35,340 nucleotides of DNA from Leptospiraceae bacterium (GCA_020440865.1 JAGRNF010000008.1:1-35340), one strand, 5' to 3'. Numbered from the stretch's first letter, positions 9,477 to 18,189 are shown. The notes: a model not told the origin generated them from the letters alone. Numbers and translations are program-made.

Positions 9477-10259
9477 ATGAACTACAAAAGAGAACATCTA
9501 CAACTCAATAACGGAACCGCTGAAATTATAACCATTCAAACCAATAGTCAAAATTCCTTCACAAAAGCTAATATGCTGGAACTGGGTTCTATTTTAGGAG
9601 ACATAAAGAAAGATGACACAGTAAAAGGCGTCATCATCACCTCAGAAAATCCTAAATTTTTCTGTAATGGACTCGATGCTGAGACTCTATTGAACACTCC
9701 TCCTGATGAATTGGTAGAGGCAGTTGGAGGAATCTGCGTACTTTTTGGAGACTTTCTACGCTTTGATAAACCGGTTGCCATAGAAGTCAACGGACATGCT
9801 ATGGGTGGAGGAGCTGTAATCACAGTAAGTTCAGATTACAAATACATGCTGGAAAGTGGTTGTCGAATTGGTTTCACCGAGGTTATGGTTGGACTTCCTC
9901 TACCGGGTATGTTTGTCCAAAAAATTCAGGATACTGTTCACCCCCAATACATTCATGAAGTTTGTATGGAAGGTTCTACATACAAGGGAAAAGAAGCCAA
10001 GGAAATTGGACTCATTAACGAGACTGCCACAAGCAATGAAGAACTAAGAAAACTATCGACCAAGAAACTGGACACTGTTTTCAAATTTCCCCTCACTGCA
10101 ATTCGTAATACAAAATCAAATATCAACCATAGAGCACTCATGGATTTCAATAAATTTTTAGATGATTCCAGAGGTTGGTTCAATGTTCCGGTGATCAGAG
10201 AAAATCTATTGGAAGCAATGAAAGCTCTCCAGGAAAAGAGAAGAGCTGTCTTAAAATAG
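9477..10259 (+). CDS. Enoyl-CoA hydratase/isomerase (crotonase) family protein
   Basis: Crotonase-fold motifs 'KGVIITSENPKFFCNGLDAETL' and 'AIEVNGHAMGGGAVITVSSDYKYM'. The ORF opens with TTG at 9462; the first ATG is at 9477. Confidence 0.8.
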   Translation: MNYKREHLQLNNGTAEIITIQTNSQNSFTKANMLELGSILGDIKKDDTVKGVIITSENPKFFCNGLDAETLLNTPPDELVEAVGGICVLFGDFLRFDKPVAIEVNGHAMGGGAVITVSSDYKYMLESGCRIGFTEVMVGLPLPGMFVQKIQDTVHPQYIHEVCMEGSTYKGKEAKEIGLINETATSNEELRKLSTKKLDTVFKFPLTAIRNTKSNINHRALMDFNKFLDDSRGWFNVPVIRENLLEAMKALQEKRRAVLK

Positions 10260-10267
10260 ATTTATTT

Positions 10268-11815
10268 CTAAAACTTATACTCTCCACTCAGGAAGGCTTC
10301 CCGGGCGAATGATCCACCCATGAAGTCCCTGAGTGCACGGTATCCATCCGAAGGGAAGAAAATTCCTGATCGAAAGTTTAACTTAAAATCACTGTACACA
10401 CTCCAGGTCAGATTGAAATTGTATTCATCCCCGAAATATGTAGATGAGTTTTGTAAAAATAATGAATTGAACTCTCTATTCACTCCCAGTCTGGGTGCCT
10501 TGGAAGCATGAAGTTGATAGTAACCGAACGTTAGCTGAACCGGTCCGACTACATAATTAGTAAATCCTCCATACTCGATCAAACCTGTCATATTTGAAGC
10601 TGAAAATAATGCATACCCACCGGTAAAATCAACCAGCAAATTAGAGATCGCATAAAGAGGGGCAAGAGGACGATACCCCTGACCTTTCAAATTCGCTGAT
10701 GTCCCATCCGAATCTGTTCCGGGTCTTCCGGTAGTTCCAATTCCAATTAAGTTAAAATTGATAGAATTGTCATAAAAATAGGTTAGCTGAATATCCCCGA
10801 GAGCACCACCGATTTTGTAATCATTATTTCTTTGTATTACAGTAGATTGCGAACTGTTTACTAAAGAATTTGAAGTATGGACAACTCCATGATTGTAAAT
10901 TCCATGAACAATGATATTGAAATCCTTGAGTGTTAACTCATTGAACATACCATGCCAGTAGAGTTGTCCTGTTTCATTATTCGCATCTGTTGCATCATTG
11001 TCTTTGGATACATAGGTATAGATTTCAGTTTTAAAATTATTGATCTGAGAGTATTTGATCTTACCAAAAAACACATTAGAATTTTGACCGTACTTGTCAT
11101 TGTAACCATTTCCATCCAAATCAGCAATGGATCTTTCTCTGGCACGTATCCATCCCCACTCAAATGAAATTTTATCATCTTTAAAATCTTTATTCATATA
11201 GATACCGGGTGCTCTCGTGAATAAAACACGTCCCTGGGGTGAGGAGAACAACTGCAATCCATATCTGGAAAAGAAATCATATTGTCTCAAACGAAAATTT
11301 AAATAGAGAAGATTGGTTTGCATATTGATTGGAGATGTCTGAAACATCTCTCCGCCACTTCCAGCACCGTTGTCATAAGAACTTACCAGATCAGCATTCG
11401 AACCCGAGGTACTGAGAGCTCTACCTCCAAAAGGAATGTCTCCTATTTGAACACCGACAACTCCATCAAAATACTTAGAACTTATGAATTCTAAGTTCAT
11501 AAGTATCCTTGTATCCATGTAATTCAAATGTTCATTTTTGGGAGATCTTGTTGGCTTTTTGCCTTGCATCGCCAGTTCGAGATCTGAATAAATTTTTTCG
11601 TTTGCCTCGACAGTTCTGGCTTTGTACTCAGCGGGAATGTCGTACACGAAATTTGAATTATTGCTTCTGGACACAGGAATATCACGGGCCAAATCAAAAG
11701 CCCTAAGTCTCATGCTACCTGTTAGATTAAATTTTGTACCTTCCGAGCCTGAATCCTGAGAAACAACCGAAAATACAGGAATAAGAAGAAGAATGATTAG
11801 TTTTATTTTACCCAC
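10268..11815 (-). CDS. Outer-membrane beta-barrel protein (porin-like), family not recognised
   Basis: Signal peptide 'MGKIKLIILLLIPVFSVVSQ'; aromatic/Gly-rich alternating pattern; C-terminal '...GEYKF' ending in Phe as in OMP barrels. Start overlaps the upstream gene by 13 nt. Confidence 0.55.
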   Translation of the reverse strand: MGKIKLIILLLIPVFSVVSQDSGSEGTKFNLTGSMRLRAFDLARDIPVSRSNNSNFVYDIPAEYKARTVEANEKIYSDLELAMQGKKPTRSPKNEHLNYMDTRILMNLEFISSKYFDGVVGVQIGDIPFGGRALSTSGSNADLVSSYDNGAGSGGEMFQTSPINMQTNLLYLNFRLRQYDFFSRYGLQLFSSPQGRVLFTRAPGIYMNKDFKDDKISFEWGWIRARERSIADLDGNGYNDKYGQNSNVFFGKIKYSQINNFKTEIYTYVSKDNDATDANNETGQLYWHGMFNELTLKDFNIIVHGIYNHGVVHTSNSLVNSSQSTVIQRNNDYKIGGALGDIQLTYFYDNSINFNLIGIGTTGRPGTDSDGTSANLKGQGYRPLAPLYAISNLLVDFTGGYALFSASNMTGLIEYGGFTNYVVGPVQLTFGYYQLHASKAPRLGVNREFNSLFLQNSSTYFGDEYNFNLTWSVYSDFKLNFRSGIFFPSDGYRALRDFMGGSFAREAFLSGEYKF

Positions 11816-12660
11816 TTATTGCTATTGAAATACTTTTCCTTTAAACGATTCACTTCGCCTGTTCTTTTGATTTCTCTGATGAATAGATTTAGATCAGCCT
11901 GAGTTGTTAAATCATATTTCTTAAAACAAAAAGATACCTGTTTTTCCATAATCGGAGCCGACAGGGCTACAAAACGAGCTTTTAGAGAACTATCTTTCTG
12001 CATTAGGCCTTCTATGTAAAGATTATCTGCTACATAGGTATTAAATTTGTTATCTTTCAATGCTTCCAGCGCAACAAAATCATCCTTGAACTCCATAATT
12101 TGATTCTGTCCGTAGATTGATTTGATGTAATCAAGATTAGAAGTCTTTTCTTTGACACCAAAGCTCAACCTGGATAAACTTTTGAGATCCAATAAACTTC
12201 TAAAATTTTTGTTCAAAACGATATCACCTTCCTGTTCGGGGGGTAAAATCATCTTATTTACCAACCCTCCTACAGAAACTATCAAATAAGGATCCGAAAA
12301 ATAAACATATTTCATTCGAATCATAGACGATGAATTGCCCAATGCCAGGTCTACAATTCCCTGATTCACGGCCAAAGCATGTTCTGAAAAATTGTTTAAT
12401 GGAAGAATCTTTTCTATTTCAACTCCTAAATAATCTGCATACTTTTCTGCGATTTCTACTTCGAAACCGGGGTATCCGGGCTTAGGATTGTCAATATAAT
12501 AAGGTTCATAATTGGCACCAACTGATACAGTTAGTTTTTTCTTTTTAAGAATACGGTACAAAACTGATTTTTTATCTAAGGAAAGTAGATTTACAAATGG
12601 TGTAGTGATTAACAGTAATAAAAATGCTCGTGTAATTATTTTTTTTCTCAAGTTCATCAT
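11803..12660 (-). CDS. Periplasmic solute-binding protein, family 3 (polar amino-acid-binding type)
   Basis: Signal peptide; SBP_bac_3 motifs 'KLTVSVGANYEPYYI...GYPGFEVEIAEKYADYLGVEIE' and 'YFSDPY'. Confidence 0.8.
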   Translation of the reverse strand: MMNLRKKIITRAFLLLLITTPFVNLLSLDKKSVLYRILKKKKLTVSVGANYEPYYIDNPKPGYPGFEVEIAEKYADYLGVEIEKILPLNNFSEHALAVNQGIVDLALGNSSSMIRMKYVYFSDPYLIVSVGGLVNKMILPPEQEGDIVLNKNFRSLLDLKSLSRLSFGVKEKTSNLDYIKSIYGQNQIMEFKDDFVALEALKDNKFNTYVADNLYIEGLMQKDSSLKARFVALSAPIMEKQVSFCFKKYDLTTQADLNLFIREIKRTGEVNRLKEKYFNSNKWVK

Positions 12661-12672
12661 TTCTCCTAACTA

Positions 12673-14667
12673 TCATGGTATATCTATAACAAGGATTGTT
12701 ATATCATCGTCAAATTCTTTTGCAAAACCAATCCATTCTTTGACCCGATAAGCAATAAAATAGTTCAATCCCTCAGCATTCATCGAAGCGTTTGATTTGA
12801 CAGCGATTTCAAAATTATCATAATCAAACATCTCATGCTTCTCATTGAACGCTTCAATAACTCCATCGGTGTAGATAATTATCCTATCCCCACTAGCAAA
12901 TTTATATTGATGTTCTTTTAACTTTATATTTTCAAACCATCCTATGAATTGACCCTTACATTCCAAATAAATAACTTTGTCTTCATTCCTTTTGTGAACC
13001 ATAATAGCAGGATGTCCCGCACTGCAATAGGTTAAGATATTTGATCTAAGACTAAAATGCGCATACACTGCTGTGACAAATTTTTTACCAAGATTGCCCA
13101 AAAGAGATGTATTCATCTTTCTCAACGCTGCTTCCGGCCTATGATAATAAGAATGGGAAGCCTTGAATGCCACTTTCAACATGGAAGCAACAAGAGCTGC
13201 TGCAGGTCCATGCCCGGAAACGTCCGCCACAAAACATGTGAAGGATTGTGGATCCTTTACATAAAAATCATAATAGTCTCCACCGATTTGCTTCATGGGA
13301 AGATAGTAAGCGGCCAGATCACAACCTTTTAACTTTGGAACACCCTCAGGCAATAAAGAGAGTTGCATTTTTTCAGCAAGATTCAATTCTTTTTTTATGC
13401 CTGTTATTTCATTTGACATCTCATCTTTTTCGATTTGCAATCGATTCATTTTTGAGAGAATAGCCAGGGCGACAAAGAGCATTTGAAGTGAAGAGCCCAG
13501 TGCGGAGGAATATTCACTGTAGTAATAATTTTCTATAGGAATAATTGAAAAGATTTTCCCCAGAAGTAAAAATGACCATCCGAGTATGAAGTACTTCGCA
13601 GGCTGAAATCCTTTTCGGTAAACATAGAAAGAAGAAATGTAAAATCCCAAAATGTACAAAAATCCAACAGTCAAAGCTATATACATTATATTTTCATTGA
13701 TCAATGAAGGTAATGGCAAAAACAGGAAGATCACCAGAGACATGATTCCCAGGGTTCGATGCAGCTTAGTATGATAAAATTTTAAATTCAAAAAATCTCT
13801 GGCAAATAAGGTAGCGAAAAATAAGGACATTACAAAAGCAAAGTACCAAATACTCGTGTTGATTTCAGGATTTTCAGGATATACAAAGTAGGTAGTGAGC
13901 GAACTCTGAGAAAGTTGATAGATTCCATCGAAGAACATCACACCGAAATAGTAGAGATAAGAATAATCCCTTAGATAATAAAAAATCGAGAAACTAAAAA
14001 TAGACATGAATATAATGATTCCATAAAATATTCCTGTCAGCACATAGTTTTTTAAAAAATAATCCAACAAACTGGAGATGCTAAAAATCTCTATCTGGGT
14101 GAACGCAATCAAATCTGATTGAATATCCAAATATATCTTTATAGATTCATTTGGAGATAAATGCACAGGAAATAGGGAATCGATCATATGGATCGGTTTG
14201 TATTTCAAAGGTAAACTACTCCCACCCTGAAATCTCTCCATATTTTCATTTTCATGTACTACATAACAAATAATTTTATCGAGAGCAAATTCTTTTATGG
14301 AAATAAATATAGGTACTTCGGTAGATCCTGAGTTCTTGAGTGAAAACCTGGTCCATAAATGTGTACCCCCACCAGGATAGACATATGCAACAGGTGACCT
14401 GGAAATTTCCCAATTCTTTTCATCTGAATGTATGACTTTTAATAAATCCTGCTCATTGACTAGATTGTAATTATTTTCAAGAAACGGTAAGATATTTAGA
14501 GTCTCATTTTTCAAATCAGAAACCTCTACAGGTTCAGAAAAAAGGGAAAATGAAAACACAAGTAGACTGATTAAGTATAGTTTCACAGTACATATACTTA
14601 GACTACCTGATCTGAATTTTCTTATAAAATTTGAGAACACATTGAAATCAGGATTTTTTATTATCAA
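12673..14667 (-). CDS. 7TM-receptor-type (7TMR-DISM-like) sensor fused to PP2C/SpoIIE serine phosphatase
   Basis: ~250-aa extracytoplasmic domain, 7 hydrophobic TM segments, coiled-coil linker, PP2C motifs 'QIGGDYYDF', 'ADVSGHGPAAALVASM', 'CSAGHPAIMV', 'IIIYTDGVIEA'. An alternative GTG start at 14589 would give a cleaner signal peptide 'MKLYLISLLVFSFSLFS'. Confidence 0.85.
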   Translation of the reverse strand: MIIKNPDFNVFSNFIRKFRSGSLSICTVKLYLISLLVFSFSLFSEPVEVSDLKNETLNILPFLENNYNLVNEQDLLKVIHSDEKNWEISRSPVAYVYPGGGTHLWTRFSLKNSGSTEVPIFISIKEFALDKIICYVVHENENMERFQGGSSLPLKYKPIHMIDSLFPVHLSPNESIKIYLDIQSDLIAFTQIEIFSISSLLDYFLKNYVLTGIFYGIIIFMSIFSFSIFYYLRDYSYLYYFGVMFFDGIYQLSQSSLTTYFVYPENPEINTSIWYFAFVMSLFFATLFARDFLNLKFYHTKLHRTLGIMSLVIFLFLPLPSLINENIMYIALTVGFLYILGFYISSFYVYRKGFQPAKYFILGWSFLLLGKIFSIIPIENYYYSEYSSALGSSLQMLFVALAILSKMNRLQIEKDEMSNEITGIKKELNLAEKMQLSLLPEGVPKLKGCDLAAYYLPMKQIGGDYYDFYVKDPQSFTCFVADVSGHGPAAALVASMLKVAFKASHSYYHRPEAALRKMNTSLLGNLGKKFVTAVYAHFSLRSNILTYCSAGHPAIMVHKRNEDKVIYLECKGQFIGWFENIKLKEHQYKFASGDRIIIYTDGVIEAFNEKHEMFDYDNFEIAVKSNASMNAEGLNYFIAYRVKEWIGFAKEFDDDITILVIDIP

Positions 14668-14780
14668 AAAGATTCAAGAATCTTTTCTTAAAGTTTTCGA
14701 ATTGCAATTGAACAAAAATTCCTAAAACTTAGTACAGAAAAAATGATCGATCCCTAAAAGTATTTTTCAAAGTTTACATA

Positions 14781-14880
14781 CCAATTCTCAGAAATAATTG
14801 CGTTTTATAGTTCACGGTATGTATCCATCGTAGAGCTGATTTTTTTTGTATCTGCAAATACTTTTGAAAATGACTATAAA
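14781..14880 (-). repeat. Interspersed ~100-bp element, family 1, copy B1 (inverse orientation; mini-ORF disrupted by an in-frame stop)
   Basis: Reverse complement aligns at ~75-80% with copies at 7427, 24798 and 26948: 'tttatagtcattttcaaaag...cgatggatacataccgtgaactataaaacgcaattatttctgagaattgg'. Confidence 0.7.
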
Positions 14881-15011
14881 TATAACTATTCTTACTAATA
14901 AAATAACTCACATTATGCAAATTTAAGAAAAAAGGGTCAAGCAGAAGCAATAGGTAAAATGGGCTGGTACTTTGACTTATTTTTTTACCTTTTTTTTAGT
15001 AAAAATAAATA

Positions 15012-15104
15012 CCAATTCACAGAAATAATTACTTTTTTTCTATTACTAGGTATGTAGCCATATTCTCTATGAATGAGTAAATGCTTTAGAAAATGACTAT
15101 AAAA
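15012..15104 (-). repeat. Interspersed ~100-bp element, family 1, copy B2 (inverse orientation; mini-ORF frameshifted)
   Basis: Reverse complement 'ttatagtcattttctaaagcatttactcattcatagagaatatggctacatacctagtaatagaaaaaaagtaattatttctgtgaattgg' aligns to the family consensus. Confidence 0.7.
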
Positions 15105-15178
15105 TCTGAGAAAATGGATCTATGGGAAACACAGAGGACAAAAGGGTTTATTAATTCATCTTAGTAATTTTTTATTTT

Positions 15179-15330
15179 TCTGAATTTTTTTAATTCAAAA
15201 TCATATTTTACTAATAAATCAAAATAAACAGGGATTGGGGACGATGATTCCTCTATTCTCCGAAAGGATCCCTTTCATCATTCTCAACTTTCCTATCAAG
15301 TGCTTACGTTGATTTATTAAAAAAATTTAT
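15179..15330 (+). repeat. ~150-bp element, family 2, copy 1 (direct repeat immediately 3' of the NeuB gene)
   Basis: 'tctgaatttttttaattcaaaatcatattttactaataaatcaaaataaacagggattggggacgatgattcc...' is near-identical over the first ~75 nt to the copy at 16385 and diverged in the 3' half; ends in a weak hairpin 'atcaa-gtgcttacg-ttgat' plus A/T run. Confidence 0.65.
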
Positions 15331-15343
15331 TGAATCAGGCTGA

Positions 15344-16351
15344 CTAAAGAATGTCTTTAAATTGAATCGGTCCTGATTTTTTAGCAAACTTACTGTTTTC
15401 AATTTTACTTATATCCCAAGACTCAAGAATCGAACTGTCTTTTGTGTGCAGTGCCGGACGCAGTGATATGGATTTATTTTCCTGGAGGTATGCGGATCTC
15501 CTTCCATAGTATCTTCCGTTGAGTTCTTCTTCATGAACTATCTTCTTTCTTTCGCCGATCATTAGATAGGCAGAATTGATCTGCTCGGAAAGCAATTTCA
15601 ATTCCTCCGGATTGGCGGATATGGTATGATCCGGTCCGGGGAGAGATTTGTCTAAAGTAAAGTGCTTTTCTATCACTCTTGCCCCAAGACCCACGGAAAG
15701 AACTGCTCCGGTAAAGCCCTTGGAATGATCTGAAAATCCTAAAGGAAATGAATACATCTCACCATACAATTCTATAGTTTTTAAATTCAATTTCTCGGGT
15801 GGAGCGGGATACAGTGATACACAATGCATCAGGCAAAGTTCTTCAGTAGCATTCGATCCAAAAAATTCGATTGCTCTAACAACTTCATAGAAATCAGCAG
15901 CTCCCGAAGAGAGAAAAACCGGAAGATTTGTTTTCGCGATTTTTTTTAGAAGTTGAAAATTGACTACATCACCTGATGCTACTTTGATGACGGGGACTTT
16001 TAAAGAGACAAGCAAATCTACAGCAGACTCACAAAGCGGTGTTGAAAAAAAGTCAACCCCTAAGTCTTTAGCAGTCTTTTGAAACTCTAAATGAAATTGC
16101 TCTGAGAGTTCGTATTGTTTGAATATGTCATACAAAAACTTAGCTTCCACATTATTCTCATCAATAAACTCTGAAGTAGTGTATGTTTGAAATTTCACTG
16201 CAGAAGCACCCGATTTGGCGGCTGCTTCGATAGTTCTTTTTCCTATTTCTAAATCATTATTATGATTCAAACCAATCTCAGCAACCAGATAGGGCGAAGA
16301 GTGTCTGGATATAGTTTTATTTCCAATATTAAATTCGTTTTTAAAAAGCAT
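15344..16351 (-). CDS. neuB: N-acetylneuraminate (sialic-acid-type) synthase family protein, NeuB/SpsE-like
   Basis: N-terminal 'PYLVAEIGLNHNNDLEIGKRTIEAAAKSGASAVKFQTY' matches the NeuB TIM-barrel signature; length 335 aa with a C-terminal SAF-like region. Confidence 0.75.
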   Translation of the reverse strand: MLFKNEFNIGNKTISRHSSPYLVAEIGLNHNNDLEIGKRTIEAAAKSGASAVKFQTYTTSEFIDENNVEAKFLYDIFKQYELSEQFHLEFQKTAKDLGVDFFSTPLCESAVDLLVSLKVPVIKVASGDVVNFQLLKKIAKTNLPVFLSSGAADFYEVVRAIEFFGSNATEELCLMHCVSLYPAPPEKLNLKTIELYGEMYSFPLGFSDHSKGFTGAVLSVGLGARVIEKHFTLDKSLPGPDHTISANPEELKLLSEQINSAYLMIGERKKIVHEEELNGRYYGRRSAYLQENKSISLRPALHTKDSSILESWDISKIENSKFAKKSGPIQFKDIL

Positions 16352-16384
16352 AAATTTTTAACTCACGTTACGCAATTTTTATTC

Positions 16385-16535
16385 TTCTGAACATTTTTTT
16401 ATAAAAAATCATATTTTACTAATAGATTAATAAATATAGGGGTTGGGGAGGATGAGTCCCCAATTAGCCGATAGGCTTCCTTTATTTATCCTCACCCTTA
16501 GCATGAAGAGCGTAAGGTGAGTTTTTTAATTATTT
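16385..16535 (+). repeat. ~150-bp element, family 2, copy 2 (direct repeat immediately 5' of the NeuB gene)
   Basis: 'tctgaacatttttttataaaaaatcatattttactaatagattaataaatataggggttggggaggatgagtcccc...' ends in a good stem-loop plus T6. Confidence 0.65.
16490..16527 (+). terminator. Rho-independent terminator-like hairpin inside family-2 copy 2
   Basis: Stem 'ctcaccctta' / 'taaggtgag' with 12-nt loop 'gcatgaagagcg', followed by 'tttttt'. It is oriented for the + strand although the flanking genes are on the - strand, 9 bp from the stop of the alpha/beta hydrolase gene. Confidence 0.45.
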
Positions 16536-17387
16536 TTCTAATGAGAAAATAAAGTCTGATATATCCTTCAAAACTTTTTCTCTGTCCTGAGGAAGTTCAT
16601 TCATTAATTCGTGATACAAACCGGGATACACAACTAATTTCTTTATCTTTGATTCGACATGTTCAAAAAAGCGAGTCGTCCCTACAACGTCAGCAATCCC
16701 ATCCGCTTCTCCATGAATCATCAGTATCGGCACTTTGATCAAATGAGATTTAGTTTTCATAGCTTTGTTCAAATGAAAGAGGTTCGCACCCATTTGAAAG
16801 GAAATCTTACCATGAACCAGTGGATCTTTTTGATACTTTTCAATTTCCGATTTGTCGTGACTAAGAAAATTCACATCCAAATTTGCATCGATTGTCATCG
16901 CAGGCATAATCGAACTTAGAACTTCAGCGGCAAATTTTTTGACTTCCTTTTCAAAATCCATTTTTACTTTCAGACCCGGTGAACTTACAACAAGACCTCT
17001 CAAATGGTCCTGGTTATTCACCTCGCAGGCATATTGCAATGAAATCACTCCACCCAGGGAATGACCGAGAAGGACTATCTTATCTAATTTGGAATCTTCT
17101 TTCGCAATGTGAATCAACTCTGCTAGATCATCGACATAATGCTGAAACTGATCGACGTGACCTCGTTTCCCTTCAGAACGCCCATGACCTCTGGAGTCAA
17201 TACCGTAGACGGAAACATTTTGATCCTGGATTGCATCCAAAAGATGACCGTAACGACCACTGTGCTCTCCAAATCCATGCTGGATTACAATAGCGGTTTC
17301 CGGATTGGGTTTGGTCCAGGATTGGTAGTAAATTTTTGCGTGGTCTGTGGAAGAGTTAAAATTAGATTCTTTGTGTTCGAACGCCAT
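16530..17387 (-). CDS. Alpha/beta hydrolase (lysophospholipase / monoacylglycerol-lipase-like)
   Basis: Motif 'HGFGEHSGRY', nucleophile elbow 'LLGHSLGG', 285-aa length typical of the family. Confidence 0.85.
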   Translation of the reverse strand: MAFEHKESNFNSSTDHAKIYYQSWTKPNPETAIVIQHGFGEHSGRYGHLLDAIQDQNVSVYGIDSRGHGRSEGKRGHVDQFQHYVDDLAELIHIAKEDSKLDKIVLLGHSLGGVISLQYACEVNNQDHLRGLVVSSPGLKVKMDFEKEVKKFAAEVLSSIMPAMTIDANLDVNFLSHDKSEIEKYQKDPLVHGKISFQMGANLFHLNKAMKTKSHLIKVPILMIHGEADGIADVVGTTRFFEHVESKIKKLVVYPGLYHELMNELPQDREKVLKDISDFIFSLEK

Positions 17388-17604
17388 GGGATCCTACTTT
17401 TGAAATTACTTTTATAAAAATAAAGAGAAATAGATAAAGAGTGTCAAGAAATTAAATCAGAAAATCCTATTCCGAATCGTAACAAAAACATTTTTCAAAG
17501 TTTTTTTTAAAAAAAATGGTCTCTTCGATAGTTTTTCTAATTAATTTACAATTATTCAAAGGATGGAAATCCTAAAGCAAATTCAAATAAACATTCCATT
17601 CAAA

Positions 17605-17964
17605 TCAGAGTTCATTCAAAGTTTTTTTACATTCGGATGATAAATTTTCCTCATTTTCAAAAAGGCATTTTAGAATCCGTCCTCCTCCGGGAACAATCCA
17701 TTTGCAATATTGATCGATATCATTCCTACAATTCGATGATTTAGTGGATCGTAATTTTTTAAATGAACTCTTTAGGGAAATTTTACAGTCACCGCTCAGT
17801 TCTGACTCATTGTCCAGAAGGCATTGCACAACCTTTGCTTTTGCCCCTTTTACCGAACTACAGAATTCTTTTTGCTCTGTTTTGCACTCTTTAAGAATTT
17901 CAGAATTTGGATACAAACCAAAACTAAAAACAGTGATAAAATAAATGAATATCAGTTTTTTCAA
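17605..17964 (-). CDS. Small secreted cysteine-rich protein with two-fold internal repeat
   Basis: Signal peptide 'MKKLIFIYFITVFSFGL'; two ~40-aa repeats, each C-x6-[FY]C-x9-11-C-L-x-[DE]NE-x-LS-x-[DE]CK (4 Cys each). Confidence 0.5.
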   Translation of the reverse strand: MKKLIFIYFITVFSFGLYPNSEILKECKTEQKEFCSSVKGAKAKVVQCLLDNESELSGDCKISLKSSFKKLRSTKSSNCRNDIDQYCKWIVPGGGRILKCLFENEENLSSECKKTLNEL

Positions 17965-18189
17965 TTTTTCAAACTTCCTATATATAGTTTTGTATTTATC
18001 TTTTTGACTTCGCTAGTATCGAAAAGAGTTTTTTTTCTTACACAATTCGTTTTACCGGAAGTTTTTATTCACAGATAATTTCGATCTAGTGAAAAAAAAT
18101 CTATTAATGGTTCATTCGTCCTTCAACTGATATTTCCAAAATGTTTTTTTAAGATATGAACAGATATTGAAGAGTAAGTACTCCCAACG

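Noticed and set aside
9548-10183. Small ORFs on both strands (91, 63, 76 aa)
   Set aside because: They are embedded in the enoyl-CoA hydratase gene, with proline/serine-rich or biased composition typical of out-of-frame readings.
16659-17417. Three + strand ORFs (86, 104, 92 aa)
   Set aside because: All are antisense to the alpha/beta hydrolase gene, whose catalytic motifs are clear. They are shadow ORFs.
17388-17604. Possible terminator or IR downstream of the Cys-rich protein gene ('ggatggaaatcc', 'atggaa...ttccat')
   Set aside because: The stems are 4-6 bp and AT-rich with no U-tract on the relevant strand, so there is not enough support to annotate a terminator.
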